The notes: generated by a model not told the origin, from the letters alone. 64,000 bases of DNA from Chiloscyllium plagiosum (GCF_004010195.1 NC_057718.1:28394377-28458376), one strand, 5' to 3'. Positions 36,539-50,950 are shown, counted from the first letter of the stretch. Numbers and translations are program-made.

Positions 36539-38304
36539 TTAGTCAGAGCAACTGTCCATCACAGCTAGACGTCTATATTAAATGGTGGTGCGCAAGGCTT
36601 CAAATTGTCACATGATGAGGACAACAATGCAATGTTAATGGGGTTTGTTAACAGAATTGCTCACTAAGTAAAAAGCATACTTGCACCTACAGCCATGAAT
36701 ATTTTGTGTGTTTAAAGTAAACTTCTATTTTGAAGAAAGTTGTAAATAAAATAATTTGTGGAGAATGTGGATGACTATTACTTCCTTCTCTCACCCCATT
36801 GGTTTTTTAAAAATATATAGGCATCCAAATCCAACAAAATTTCTGAGCATCTGCGAAATGATAAAACTTAGGAGTTGCTGCAGTCCCCTATGCAACTAAA
36901 TACAAGATTGAATTGTTGCACTGATTAAAGGCATTCAGGAATAAAATTTAATCCAAATAAAGAATCAACTTACAGGCTTTTATAATTTGCTGGTTTAGAT
37001 CAATTACATAGTGGAGTATCTACAAAAATAAATCTATTATCTGTCATTGCATAAGAACGCAGGTGTTTATTAGTGCAAAGGATTCAAACACTTTGTTGAC
37101 AGTGGGACCAGATCAGACATTGGGGAGCTGAGGAGGGGCAACCATGTATTAGGTGAAGGGGTGGCAAACATCAGTTCAAACCATTACACCAATTGGGATG
37201 TGGCATGGTTGTAGCAGGAATTCAATATTAATTGCACTGGACAACTACACTACATACACTATGAGACAACAAATATTTGAAACATTTTCAATTTTTTGGA
37301 AATCAAGGAGGTTTGTTATAGCTCCCAATCCCAAAAGAAAGTGTTGTACACTTTAATTTTCCATACATTGGTCACCCTGCAGCCTTTCAAAGAGATGGCC
37401 AATTAATATTAAATTGGGTTGGGAGAATACATGCACTAGGAATGAATGCAAATTTATGTCACATGAGATCCTTTCTTGATAGTATCCATAGGCTTTAATT
37501 CATCAATCCAAGGCAGTTTCAACTCATTCTACAGGCTAAATTCTATGCTATCCAGTTCTCCTTTTTTAAAAAAAATTCACAAATGTTCAAGTTAAAACTG
37601 CAATTCACCCCTACATTAGGGAAATCAAATGTAGAATAAGTGACTGCTTTACAGAAAACCTCCATTCAGTCATAAGCATGATCTCATTTGCAAGTTTTCT
37701 GGTCAGACATTTTAATTCTCCACATGCTTCACTTGTCCGTCACCTCCTATACTGCCTGAATGAAGCTCAAAGTAAACATGGAGAACTGTACGTCATTTCT
37801 GTTGAGAGACTGCATTAATTTACAGAGCTTTACCACCATCTTTACGTATCAAAAAGATAGCAAGTTAGGAAAAGATGGTGGTCAAGCTCTGTTAACTATT
37901 ATCTTATTAGACCTTTGTTTGAAAAGCAACAAATCACTTGTGGGAGCAGTTTGTAGGCCCCCTTACAGTTGGTACACTGTTTGATAGAGAAAATAAACAT
38001 GGTTTGTAAGGAATGTAATAATAATAAGCAACTTTAAACTTTATGTATACTGAGCAAATAAGATTAGCAAAAATAGCCCAAACTTATACAGGGAACTTGA
38101 GAGTATTTCTTAGAGCAGTGCATTCTAAAACCAAGCAGAGAGGCTGGTTATTTTCGATCTTGTATTGGGCAACAAAGACAAACTCAATCAACAATCTCAC
38201 AGACTACCAAAATAAAGGTAGCTATAAACATAAGAAGGTATAGCTGACTAAAGTGAATTAGGAAATTAGAACAAAAGATAGGGCAGTAGACATAATGGCA
38301 GACT

Positions 38305-38757
38305 GGCACTGAGTGCTTCTCTAAAAACAGCTAAAAAGCCTGACAACATTCAGGGCAAAGCAGCCCATTTGTTTGGCAGCACATCCAGAAACATTCGCTC
38401 TCTCCACTGATCGACACGGAGTAGCATCAGCAAATACTATCTACAAGATGTACTGCATAAATTTGGCAAAGATCCTTTGATAGTACTCTTCGAACCCAAG
38501 ACCATTTGTATCTAGAAGGACAAGAGCAGCAAATATGTAGGAACATCACCACCTGCATGTTCCCTTCCAAGCCACTCACCATTTTGACTTGGAAATATAT
38601 TGCTGTGCCTGCAATGTCACCGGGTCAAAATTCTGGAACTCTCTTCTCTATGGCAGCACATGAACTGTAACTCATCACCAATCTCTCAAGGACAACTAGG
38701 GACAGACAATAAATACTGACTGCCATTGATACCACAAGTCCCACAAGTGACTACTAA
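38305..38757 (+). mobile_element. 3' end of an L2/CR1-group LINE inserted among older CR1 fragments (~37780-39240)
   Basis: GACAACATTCAGGGCAAAGCAGCCCATTTG...CCACTCACCATTTTGACTTGGAAATATATTGC...GGACAACTAGGGACAGACAATAAATACTG; the tail resembles that of the SINE at 63598-63912. Confidence 0.6.
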
Positions 38758-39829
38758 AAAAAAATTAGTATAAAGGGAAGACAAAAGTAGGAAGATTTAA
38801 CTGAGCAGTATATAGCCTTGCTGAAACCATATCTTGAACAGTAGTTCTGATTTCCCTACTTGAAACTGCATTTAAAACTAGTGAGACAAAGTTCACGTGA
38901 CTCAATTCTGTGATGACGAGCTTAATTTATGAGGAAAGGTTACACGTTAGTCCTGAACCCATTGTTTTACTGGACTGAGGCAAAGACAGGTAGGTGAGAG
39001 CAGGGGGTAGTCGGTGAAAGGAGGCAGTAGAGGGAAGACAGAAATATGGGGAATGGGCTGAGGGTGTGAGTGGTATAAGGAGAGTAATTCAGTTACTCAG
39101 ACATTTCTGACAAATAAATGAAGGATTATGGAGAACAGACAGGAAAGTTGAATTGAACCCACAGTTAGACCAGCCATGATCTTACCAAATGGCAATGTAG
39201 GCTTAAAGGACAGAACAGCTTTTTTCTGCCTCCTAAATAGTATGTGCATAACCTTCACGATTGGTGGTAGTTCTATTATTCCTATTTACACTTGCTGTCA
39301 ACCAATGTTTTGTTTCTTTCCTTGTCCAATTATCATCTCCTTTGTGTCATCATCTATTTGTCATTTAATCACTCCTTTCTTCTATTTTTTTTCGAAGTCT
39401 TCCCCTTCTTTCTCTGCCTTTGTACTTGGTTAAAACTTGGTGCATCACTGACTTTTTCCAGTTTTGAAGAAAGGTCAGTGTTGTTTCTTGCTCCACAGAT
39501 CCTGTTGTGCCTATTTCCAGTTTTTTGTTTTAACCTAATATTACCAAAATATACAGTATCTTGCTTTGCATAAGTTTTAGGTTTCTGATGGCATTTTATT
39601 TTTAAAAATTACAAAAATCTGAATTGCAACAATGGATTAACAATTGCTACTTGAAAATCTGTAAAATGCTCCAAAAAAACCAATTAGTACTTTCAATGTG
39701 ATAATTATTGATGCTGAACTTCCTGCAAAATGCAAGTGTTTAGCACACCTATATTTGATTTTTTTAAAAATGCAGTTAAATGATAAATGATCAGTCCTCT
39801 TCACAACCTCAAGCAGACAGCATATAATA

Positions 39830-41150
39830 AAAATTAAAAATAATAAAAATTTAAGAAACTCAAGTCTGACAGCAACTGTGGAGAAATAAAGTGTCCAGTA
39901 TGACTATTCTTCAGAACTAAAAAGGGTTGGAAAGTAGTATTTTGTCATGCTGTTGACAGAGTGAGAGAAGTAATGGAACAGATTGTTTGGCCAGTGAAAA
40001 ATGAAATAGCCGGTAATAGTGGTGAAATACGTAACGGAGATATGAAATGGATATAAACAAAATGTGTGTTATGAAGATGTGGGTGTACCTTTCAGTGAGT
40101 TAAAAGCTAGCAGTGACAGCATCAAGTGTTCTCGATAAGATACAATACAAAATGTGGTCCAGTTACTGGGGTAGCTAGGGTAGCTGGTTGCCTGGAGACA
40201 AAAACAGATTCAAATTAGGACAATAAATTTAAATTAAACCCCAAAACAAACAAACTCCAATCAAGTTTGAAGTTAGTATATTGACAATCTTAAAAGCCAA
40301 TGACACAGAGTCTTTGGGGGTATAAGACCAGGGAAAGTTAAACAGGGTGACAGGAGAACTACCAAGTTAGCACGCAGAGACTGCCTGGAAAATAGCTTTC
40401 TTAAAAGGTACCTTTATCAATCAATAACCTGTGAAGCAGAATCCCCAAGAAGAAAAGAAGACTGGAATACAGAGAAGAACTGAAAACTGCCTGGTTTTGA
40501 GCTAAGAAGTTTTGTTTTGTAAATCTTAATCAGGGGCTTTTATCGGATTAGTATTGTCGAAGGGAAAAGTAAAAGATAGGTTAGAGGAAGGAGTCGTAAA
40601 TAGTTGTTAGTTAATTATTCTCTGTTACACTAAGAAATAAAGTTGTTACATTTTTTTTTACTTTAAATAGCTCTTGGCCTCTCGAATTTTTCACAGATTG
40701 CTGCACGGGATAAATCTGGTGTTGCTGGTTTAAATTAAGCAGGACAGTTTCGCCTATGTTGTAACAGGTGTGAAAAAGGGAAAATGGGTCTGCACTTCTG
40801 TGAACAAAGTCAACAAAACATGGATCTTTGCGGTGGAGGAGAATGCAAGAAAACTGGAGGACAACGATCACACTCTGAAGTTGTGGAATTCAATATTGTG
40901 GCCTGGACGTTTCCACAGGAAGCACTCTTGCTGTGACATTCTGATCCAATCCACCATTGCTTTCTAACACTTTCCCACTCCTCAATGGCACCTTCTCAGG
41001 CAATCTCAGAAGGTCGAACATGGCTATTCACCTTTTGTTATTTCCTCACTATCCAAGGTTCCAAACACACCTTCCAGATGAAAGTAGTGTTTTACGTATA
41101 GTTCTTTCAAACTAGTCTACTCGAATAGCTGCTCACAATGTAGTCTCCTT
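39830..41150. mobile_element. Degenerate inverted PLE pair interrupted by a solo LTR
   Basis: Minus-strand ORF end (CTGAAGTTGTGGAATTCAATATTG, NIEFHNFR, ~40875-40900); plus-strand GIY-YIG N-terminal remnant (~41095-41150); PLE terminus at ~39850-39920. Confidence 0.5.
40067..40766 (+). mobile_element. Solo LTR of the Gmr1-like family (700 bp)
   Basis: TGTTA...TAACA ends; TGTG/GGTG imperfect 4-bp TSD; TATAA at ~40321 and AATAAA at ~40636; first 22 nt identical to the LTR stub at 3053. Confidence 0.9.
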
Positions 41151-41164
41151 TGTTTTAACGTTAT

Positions 41165-41350
41165 GTAGTTCTGTCAGCATTGTGGAGAGAGAAACAGTTG
41201 TTAATTCAAATCCGGAATGATTCTTCCCTGGAATCATTCTGCACTCAGTTCGAGTCCAAAATGATCCCAGCAAAGAATCATTCTGGATTTGAATTGTTAA
41301 CGGTTTCTCTCTCCACAGATGCAGACAGACAAGAGAATTTCTCCAGTATA
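41165..41350. repeat. Palindromic MITE-like derivative of PLE termini
   Basis: TGTGGAGAGAGAAACAGTTGTTAATTCAAATCCGGAATGATTCTT ... AAGAATCATTCTGGATTTGAATTGTTAACGGTTTCTCTCTCCACA form inverted arms. Confidence 0.7.
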
Positions 41351-42790
41351 TTAAGGACAAAAGGGTAACTCGGAAAAGAATAGGGCCCCTCAAAAATCAG
41401 CAAGGAGGCCTTCTTGTGGAACCACAGGAGATGGGGGAGATACTAAACAAGTATTTAGCATCAGTGTTCACTGTGGAAAAGGACATGGAAGATATATAAT
41501 TTAGGGAAATAGATTGTGACATTTTGAAAAAATGCCCATATTACAGAGGAGGAAGTGCTGGATCTCTTGAAATGCATAAAAGGGGATATCTCCCCAGGAC
41601 CTGATCAGGTGTACCCTAGAACTCAGTGGGAAGCTAAGGAAATGATTGCTGGGCCTCTTGCTGAGATATCTGTATAATCAATAGTCACAGGTGAGGTGCC
41701 AAAACACTGGAGGTTGGCTAATGTGGTGCCACTATTTAAGGAAGGTGGTAAGGACAAGCCAGGGAACAATAAACCGGTGAGCCTGACATCAGTAGTGGAC
41801 AAGTTGTTGGATGGAATTCTGAGGAACAGGAGGTACATTTATTTGGAAAGGCAAGGACTGATTAGGGATAGTCAACATGGCTTTGTGCGTGGGAAATCAT
41901 GCCTTACAAACTTGATTTGAATTTTTTGAAGAGTAACAAAGAGGATTGATGAGGGCAGAGCAGTGGACATGATCTATATGGATTTCAATAAGGCGTTCAA
42001 CAAGGTTCCCCATAGGAGACTGGTTAGCAAGGTGAGATCTCATGGAATACAGGGAGAACGAGCCATTTGGACACAGAACTGGCCCAAAGGTAGAAGACAG
42101 AGGGTGGTGGTGGAGGGTTGTTTTTCAGACTGGAGGCATGTGGGCAGTGGTGTGCCACAAGGATCGGCGCTGGGTCCACTGCTTTTTGTCATTTATATAA
42201 ATTATTTGTGTTTTAACCTAAGAGGAATAATTAGTAAGTTTGCAGATGACACCAAAATTGGAGGTGTAGCGGACAGCGAAGGCGGTTACCTTGGATTACA
42301 ACGGGATCTTGATCAGATGGCCAATGGGCTGAGGAATGGCATATGGGGTTTAATTTAGATAAATGTAAGGTGCATTTTGGGAAAGTAAATTTTAGCAGGA
42401 CTTATACAGCTAACGGTAAGGGTCTGGGAGTGTTGCTAAGCAAAGAGACCTTGTTTGCAGGTTCATAGCTCCTTGAAAGTAGAGTTGCAGGTAGATAGGA
42501 TAGTGAAGGTGGTGTTTGGTATGCTTTCCTTTATTGGTCAGAGTACGGAGTACAGAAGTTGGGAGGTCATATTGTGGCTGTACGGACTTTGGTTAGGCTA
42601 CTTTTAGAATACTGCGTGCAATTCTGGTCTCCTTCCTATCGGAAGGATGTTGTGAAACTTGAAAGGGTTCAGAAAAGATTTACAAGGATGTTGCCAGGGT
42701 TGGAGGATTTGAGCTATAGGGAGAGGTTGAATAGGCTGGGGCTGTTTTCCCTGGAGCGCTGGAGGGTGACCTTACAGAGTTTATAAAATC
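41347..42790 (+). mobile_element. CR1 ORF2 fragment (RT)
   Basis: WRLANVVPLFK, QHGFVRGKSCLTNL, GVPQGSALGPLLF, KFADDTK, LEYCVQFWSP; no 3' tail. Confidence 0.92.
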
Positions 42791-43388
42791 TTGCCCTGAT
42801 TTGCCTTTCCAAAATGCAGAACCTCACATTTATTTAAATTAAACGCCATCTGCCACTCCATAGCCCATTCGCCCACCTGATCAAGATCCCGTTGTAATCT
42901 GAAGTAACCTTCTTTGCTGTCCATTACACCTCCAATTTTGATCTCATCTGCAAACTAAGGATACCGTCTATAGAACATTACAGCACACTACAGGCCCTTT
43001 GGGCCTTGATGTTTTGCCGCCCTGTGAAACCAATCTGAAGCCCATCTAACCTACACTACTTCATTCACATCCATATGCCAATCCAATGACCATTTAAATG
43101 CCCATAAAGTTGGTGACTCTACGACTGCTGTAGGCAGTGTGTTCCACGCCCCTACTACTCTGAGTAAAGAAACTACCTCCGACATCTGTCCTATATCTAC
43201 CACCCCTCAATTTAAAGCTATGTCCCCTCGTACTAGCCATCGCCATCCAAGGAAAAAGGCTCTCATTGTCCAACATATCTAACCCTCTGATTACCTTATA
43301 TGTCTCAATTAAGTCACCTCTCAACCTTCTTCTCTCTAACAAAAACAGCTTCAAGTCCCTCAACCTTTCCTCGTAAGACCTTCCCTTC
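42791..43388 (-). mobile_element. CR1 fragments (internal RT piece and a 3' end of another subfamily)
   Basis: 42791-42957 is the reverse complement of the FADD region; 43094-43390 encodes SYEERLRDLKLFLLERRRLRGDLIETYK. Confidence 0.85.
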
Positions 43389-46300
43389 ATAGAGTCATAG
43401 AGATGTACAGCACAGAAACAAACCCTTCAGTCCAACCCGTTCATGCCGACCAGATATCCTAACCCAATCTAGTCGCACCTGCCAGCACCCAGCCCATAAC
43501 CTTCTAAACCCTTCCTATTCCCATCCAAATGCATCTTAAATGTTGCAATTGTGCCAGCCTCCACCACTTCCTCTGGCAGTTAATTCCATACACGTACCAC
43601 CCTGTGTGCGAAAATGTTGCCCTTTAGGTCTCTTTTATATCTTTCCCCTCTCACCCTAAATCTATGCCGTCTAGCTCTGGACTCCCCGACCCCAGGGAAA
43701 AGACTTTGTCTATTATCCTATCCATGCCCCTCATAATTTTGTAAACCTCTATAAGGTCACCCCTCAGCCTCCGATGCTCCAGGGAAAACAGCCCCAATCT
43801 GTTCAGCATCTCCTTATAGCTCAAATGTTTACATCCAAATAATTTATATAAATGACAACAAGCAGTGGACCCAGCACCAATCCTTGTGGCACACCGCTGA
43901 TTACAGGCCTCCAGTCTGAAAGGCAACCCTCCATCACCACCTTCTGTCTTCTACCTTCGAGCCAGTTCTGTATCCAAATGGCTAATTCTCCCTGTATTCC
44001 ATGTGATCGAAACTTACTAACCATTCTATCATGGGGAATCTTGTCAAACTCCTTACTTAAGTCCATTGGATCATGTCCACCACTCTAACCTCAATCCTCA
44101 TCGCTACTTCTTCAAAACCTCAATCCAGTTAGTGAGACATGATTTCCTATGCACAAAGCCATACTGACTATCACTAATCAGTCCTTGCCTTTCCAAATAC
44201 ATGTGAATCCTATCCCTCAGGATTAGCTCCAACAACTTGCCCACCACTGATGTCAGGGTTACCTGTCTATAATTCATTGGCTTTTCCTTACCACTTTTCT
44301 TAAACAGTGGCACCACGTAGGCCAACCGCCAGTCTTCTAGCACCTCACTTGCAACTAGCAATGATATAAATGTCTCAGCAAGGGATCCAGCAATCACTTA
44401 CCTAACTTCCCAGAGTTCTCAGGTACACCTAATCATGCCCTGGGGATTTATTCACCTTTATGCGTTATAATACATCCAGCACCACCACCTCTGTAATATG
44501 GACATTTTTAAAGATGTCACCATCTATTTCCCCACATTCTCTATCTTCCATGTTCTTCTCCACATGTAAACAATGACGCAAAATACTCGTTTAGTATCTC
44601 CTCCATCTCCTGCAGTTCCAGACAGAGAGTGCCCTGCTGATCTTTGAGGGGTCCTATTCCCTCCCTAGTTACCCTTTTGTCTTTAAATGTATTCATAAAA
44701 TCCCCTAGAGTTCTCCTTAACCCTATTTTCCGAAGTTATCTCAATTCCACTTTTTGCCCTCCTGATTTCCCTCTTAAGCGTACTCTGTTGCCTTTGTATT
44801 CTAAAGAGTCATTTGATCTCTGCTGTCCATACGTGAAATATGCTTTCTTCTTTTTCTTGAACAAAATCTCAATTTCTTTCGTCATCCAGCATTCCCTATA
44901 ACTACCAGCCTTTCCTTTCACCCTAACAAGAACATACTGTCTCTGGTCTCTCATTATCTCATTTCTGAAGGCTTCCCATCTTCCAGCTGTGAACATCCAC
45001 ACCCAATCAACTTTTGAAAATTCTTGCCTAATAATGTCAAAATTGGCCTTCCTCCAATTTAGAACTTTTAAAAGTTTTGGATCCAGTCTATCCGTTTCCA
45101 TCACTGTTTTAAAACTAATTATGATTGCTGGCCCCAAAGTGCTCTCCCACTGAAATGCCAGTCAATTGCCCTGCCTTAGTTCCCAAGAGTAGGTCAAGTT
45201 TTGCACCTTCTCTAGCTGGTACATCCACATACTGAATCAGAAAATGTTCTTGCCCACACTTAAATTCCTCTCCATCTAAACCCTTAACATTATGGCAGTC
45301 CCAGTCTATGTTTGGAAAGTTAAAATCCCCGACCTTAATCACCCTATTATTCTGACAGATAACAGATCTCCTTACAAATTTGTTTCTCAATTTCCCACTC
45401 ACTATTGGGAGGTCTATAGTACACTCCCAATAAGATGATCATCCCTTTGTTATTTCTCAGTTCCACCCAAATAAATTCCCTGGCCGTGTTCCCAGGAATA
45501 TCCTCCCTCAGTACAGCCGTAATGCTATCCCTTATCAAAAACGCCACACTCTCTCCTCCCTTGCCCCTTTCTATCCTTCCTATAATGTTTGCATCCTGGA
45601 ACATTAAGCTGCCAGTCCTGTCCATCCCTGAGCCATGTCTCCCTAATAGCTATGAAATCCTAAGTCCCATGTTCCCAACCTTGCCCTGAGTTCATCTGCC
45701 TTCCCCTTTAGGCTTCTTGCATTGAAATAAATGCAGTTTAATTAATCAATCTTACCTCGTTCTCTGCCTTGTTCCTGCCTGCCCTGTCTGTTTGACTTGC
45801 TCCTTTTCCCCAACTGTACCAGTCTCAGACTGATCTCTTTCCTCACTATCTCCTTGGGTCCTAACCGCTCCACCTTAATAGTTTAAATCCTCCTGAGGAG
45901 CTTGAGTAAACCTCCTTGTCATTCTATTAGTCCCCTTCAATTCAGGAACAATCTACCCTTCTACCGCAGGTCACTTCTATCCCAGAAGAGATTACAATAA
46001 TCCAAAAAGGTGAACCCTTCTCCCCTGCACCAGCTCCTCAGTCATGCATTCATCTGTTTTATATTCCCATTCCTACCCTCACTAGTTGTAGCATTGGGAG
46101 TAATCCAGATATTACTACCCTCGAGGACCTCCTTTTTAAATTCCTGTCTAACTTTCTATATTTTTTCCATCAGAATCTCATCCTTTTGCCTTCCTATATT
46201 GTTAGTTCCAATGCGCACAATGACTTCCTGCTGTTCCCTCTCCTCTTTGAGAATACTCTGAACTCTCAGAGATATCCGTGATCCTGACACCAGCGAGGCA

Positions 46301-47350
46301 ACACACCATTCAGATTTCTCGCTGATAGCCAGAAACAACTGTCTGTGCCTTTGACTAGGCAGTCTTCTATCACAATCAATTTCTTGGAACCTAATGTATG
46401 CCTCGTTACATTACAACCAGTAGGAATACCAGAAACTTGGTTGCTCATGCTACATTTCTCTCAGGGTCTCTCAGCCTCCATTTGTTTGAGATGGGGATAT
46501 CCACAGAAGACTCCTGTACTACTTGCCTCCCTCTCCTAACTTTCTTGGAGGTAACCCATGCACCTAAGTGTATCTGTGGTTTTCCTTCTTTCCTAAAACT
46601 GCCATCCATCATACCCCCTAGCTCCTGTAAATTCCTAATTGCCTCTAACTGCTGCACCAAATGCTCCATGTAATATGACAGGATTCACAACCAAAGACAC
46701 TTCCTGCAAACATAATCATCAGTAACATGGAAACTTTCCTTAATCTCCCATATCCAACAAGAAGAGCATATCATTCTACTAAAGACCATCTTTGCTCCTT
46801 AACAATCTACACATCCAGAAAATAGCACAGTCTTACTGTTCTAAAAAATACTGCTCCAGGCTAACATAGCACCTATGTTTTATACTTTTAAAGTTTAGTC
46901 AAGGCACAGATCTCAATAAAACAAATAATTAAAAAATAATCCACTCTAAAGATTAAGCACTATTAAGGATTTACAGCAAGGTTACCCTTTAAAACTATGC
47001 ACTTAGCTTCTCCCGTGCTGTGAGGTTTCCCACACAGGTTCCACCAAGGTCAGCTGTGAATTTCGCTGTTGTTCATTTTGCTTAGACGCACTCCAATGTC
47101 CAGAGATACTTGAACTCAAAAGCTGAAAAGGCAGTAGCTGAAAAGATTCACTGCTGTATCAGACATCAGTGTAGGTTTCTTTCTCTGACCATGTGGTCTC
47201 TACCTTTATCTCTCTTCCTTCTTTTTAAAGTGCCATTGGGGGAAAGAATATCGAAACAAAGTTCCAAAACAATGCAACAGGTTATAAACAGTAATTACTG
47301 CTCCTGGAATTCAAGGAAATCATCTACAATACCTAAAATACCTCAAAAAA
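43389..47350 (-). mobile_element. Near full-length CR1 LINE with 5' UTR, same subfamily as 28720-32186
   Basis: ORF1 EHLVQQLEAIRNLQ, EVIVRIGTNNIG; ORF2 YYRPPN, GDFNFPNIDW, GVPQGLVLGPLL; internal deletion at ~43825; 3' tail at 43389. Confidence 0.9.
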
Positions 47351-48085
47351 GGAGCAGCTTTTTTTTTCCACAATTTATTCCATCCTCCATCTCAGAATAC
47401 TAGTCAAGATATATTGCTGTAGGAAACTATCCTGGACACACTCCAGAAATCTACCTTTGTGGCAGGTCTGCCTCGCCCAATTTATGTTAAAGTCCTGCTT
47501 TGGCTTAACTACACATCTGCCTAATTTCTGCATTTATACAATCTAACACTTTAGAACTGCTACCAGGAGCCTGTACACAACAGTTTTTTTTTTTAAGATC
47601 CTTTACTGCTCCTCAGTTCCACCCACTTGGTCTCCAGTAAATGCTTTCCCCCTCATTATATCCATCCCCAGCAGTGAAGTTATTGTTTCTAATCAAAGAG
47701 GCTAATCCACCTCCTCTGCCCTTTTCCCTGTCTGTTCTGTAAACCTTCTAACCTGGTATATTTAGTGCCTAATCCTGACTTTGCCAATGGAGATCCAATA
47801 ACTGGTTTAGTAGTACCTTACTTAGGCACACTTTCAAAAGACAGAATTATCTACTTTAAAAGTGGTATGAGCCAGATTGCACCAATAGGAGGATAGAAAT
47901 CAGTGGACAGCCAATCTTAATGCCAACTCATACCAATGCATCTTTATTTGTTCCCACCTTCTGACCCATCTGCGTTCCAGAGGTGCTCCTGACAGGAATA
48001 ATTTTAACTCCATTTACCACAGAAAATATGTAGCTTTCACCTATGATATACTTCCAGGAAGGTGAAAATTGCTTCAGGAACCCTA

Positions 48086-48316
<231 letters not shown>

Positions 48317-49088
48317 TTAGCAGCATGAAACAAAAGGTGTTTACAACATCAGGCCAATGAAACACATTTGACTTCAATCATGGCCGTTCAATTCTACCAA
48401 GGAAGAAACGTCAGTTGCTGTTGATCAAATTGTTTCTCAACATCCATTTTATTGATATGGGGAGTCATTCTCTTTCCCCATTCAAAGAGAAACAAAACAA
48501 AAATTAGATGGCTTTAGTCACTAATCATTTTCATTAAGGAAAAGATTCACAGGTATTATTTGATGACCAACCAACACCTACTCCCCAGATTCACATTTTC
48601 TTTCTCGGAAACATTTGTAGGCAGATTTGTTTTTTTATGCTCAGCCTCTCTTTAGATTTTTTTTCTTCAAAACTCACTTCTGACAGTTGTTACAGCACGT
48701 CTGTTAAAAAGTAGAGCAATGTTTGCAATGTTTACCTGGAAGCTTCAGTAGCTATACAACTACAAAAAGTCCTTGGAACAAAAGTTTTTCTCCAATCACG
48801 CATTTCCAGTACAAGATCTCTGATTCCATTGGAAAGAATTGCCATGCAATCATTCAAGCTAGTAGCAGTTCAGGACAATCGTTAGTTATTTATCAAATTA
48901 TTATTTAAAACTGTGAAATATATATCTATGCAAATAAAAAAAAGCCTTGCATTTTTATGTAATGGTTTCATAACCACTGAGCTGTCAAAGTGCTTCCCAG
49001 CAAATGGAGACGTTTCTTCAAGCGCATCCTCTTTACAAAGAGAAAAAAAAACATAGCAAACCCATACAAACAGCATTAATTTTTTAAT

Positions 49089-49361
49089 ATATTACTGAGG
49101 GACAAATGCTGGCCAGGATACTGACAATAATACCCCTCCTCTACTTTGCAATAGTACCATGAAATCGTTTTCATTCACTTGAGCAAGTTGATGGATTCTG
49201 GGTCAAAATCTCATCCGTAAGACAGCATCTCTACCAGTGCAGCACTCCTTCAAAACTGCAATAGAGTCAGCCTTGATTTTGAGCTCAAGCTCGAGAGGGA
49301 AACTTTAAATTTGAAATTTGAGACTCAAAGGCGAAAGTGACGAGCACTAAGCCACAGCTGG
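49089..49361 (-). mobile_element. Ancient DeuSINE-type SINE (SacSINE1/AmnSINE1-related)
   Basis: Minus strand: CAGCTGTGGCTTAGTG head, then GGAGTGCTGCACTGGTAGAGATGCTGTCTTACGGATGAGA...CATGGTACTATTGCAAAG...TCCTGGCCAGCATTTGTCCCTCA, matching my recollection of the Deu domain. Confidence 0.7.
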
Positions 49362-49929
49362 CATACTCTAACAAGCAGGGGAGGCAAGATGTTGTCATTC
49401 CAAAGAGAACACACACCAAAAACGGTGAGCAAAATAGGTCATGATTTGAAGTGGTGGAGTGCTCAGTTTCAACATGTGTTAGTTCAATGCTCCTTGAATC
49501 AAATCAGGCACATAATGTTTATAGTTGATCGAGCATTTGCCTTGTCTGCAGCTCACTAACTCCCTGTGGTGCTCTCCCTCTCTAGTACTCTTAGCATTGG
49601 CTGCTGAACTCTGGTGCATTGGATTACACCCTTTACAGTGATGTTACTGAAACAACAGCTTTTAACCTGGCAGATTTATACACCAGCACTTCACACATGT
49701 CTGTTGCCATCTGCTCCCTGTGGCTTGTGTTGCTCTAAATTCATGTGTGCAGACGACAGTCAATTAAATCCTACAACCACAGTAAGCGAACATTAATGAA
49801 GTAAGGTTTTATTTCCAGTATATTATTTGAGTAAAATACAAGGAAGAAAAACCTGGCATAACACAGAGGCTTCACTCTCAAGTGCCCGTCCATTTAGACC
49901 CAGTATCCTCTCCTAGTTATCAACACAGC

Positions 49930-50950
49930 AATAAAGGAGCCATACTAAGTCAATCAATCCCTGGAGCCTGATTGTCATTCTAGAAATTGTTGGTCCCCAC
50001 ATCTCTTGATGTCATTAGTGTCCAGAAATCTATTGATGTCTATCTTGAATGTACTTAATGACTACACTTCCATAGTCTTCTGGGAAAAGAAATACTTCCT
50101 TTCAGTCCTAAATGGCTTGCCCTTTACTGAGGAAGTGCCCCTTGATTCTGCACTCCTGATTCAGGAGAAATATCCTTTCTGTATCTATCTTATTTAGCTC
50201 TAAGAAGTTTGTAAGTTTCAATGAGATCATCTCCCATTCTTCTAAACTCAAATGGATATGGACCCAGATTCCTCAAAGGACAGTCTCACTTTCTTAGTGA
50301 TTATTCTGGTGAACATCCACTACACTCGCTCTATGGCAAGTATACCCTTTTTGGGGGCAAGGGGACCATAACTGCATCTTTACTCCTGTACTCCAATTTC
50401 TTGAAGTAAAGGCAAAATTACCACTGCCTTTCCAACTGCTTGCTGCACCTGCATGTTAGCTTTCAGTGACTTCTGAACAAGGGTATCCACGTCTCGTTGA
50501 ACTTCAATACTCTCCAATTTCTCACCATTTAAATGATACTCAACAACTTTACAGATCAGAGTAAATAGATAATTTCACATTTATCCACATAGTATTCCAC
50601 ATGCTATGTTATTACCTATTCAGCTTGTCCAACTCTCTTGAAATCTCTTTGTACCATACTCATGGCATATTCTATCAAGTTTGATATCGTCTACAAATTT
50701 AGAAATATGACATTTGGTTTCCACACCCAAATCACTGATATAGATTACGAACAACTGGTACGCAAGTACTGATCCATGATACTGCACTAGGCTCAACATG
50801 CCAACCTGTGAATGATGCAGTTATTCCTACTTTATTTGCTTTCTGTTAACCAACCCTCCATCCAACTCAGTATATTACCACACCAAGTTCTATAATTAGG
50901 TTTACTAATCTCTGGATGGGAACTTTAAAAAAAGTGTCTAAAATTCCAAA
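49930..50950 (-). mobile_element. Old CR1 LINE 3' portion
   Basis: Same layout as 9765-10670 (TGAGATCATCTCCCATTCTTCTAAACTC, TGCTGCACCTGCATGTTAGCTTTCAGTGAC, TCGTCTACAAAT). Confidence 0.7.

Noticed and set aside
35869..40766. Single composite transposon with 700-bp terminal inverted repeats
   Set aside because: Each repeat has its own 4-bp TSD and TG...CA ends; the interior is unrelated decayed LINE sequence.
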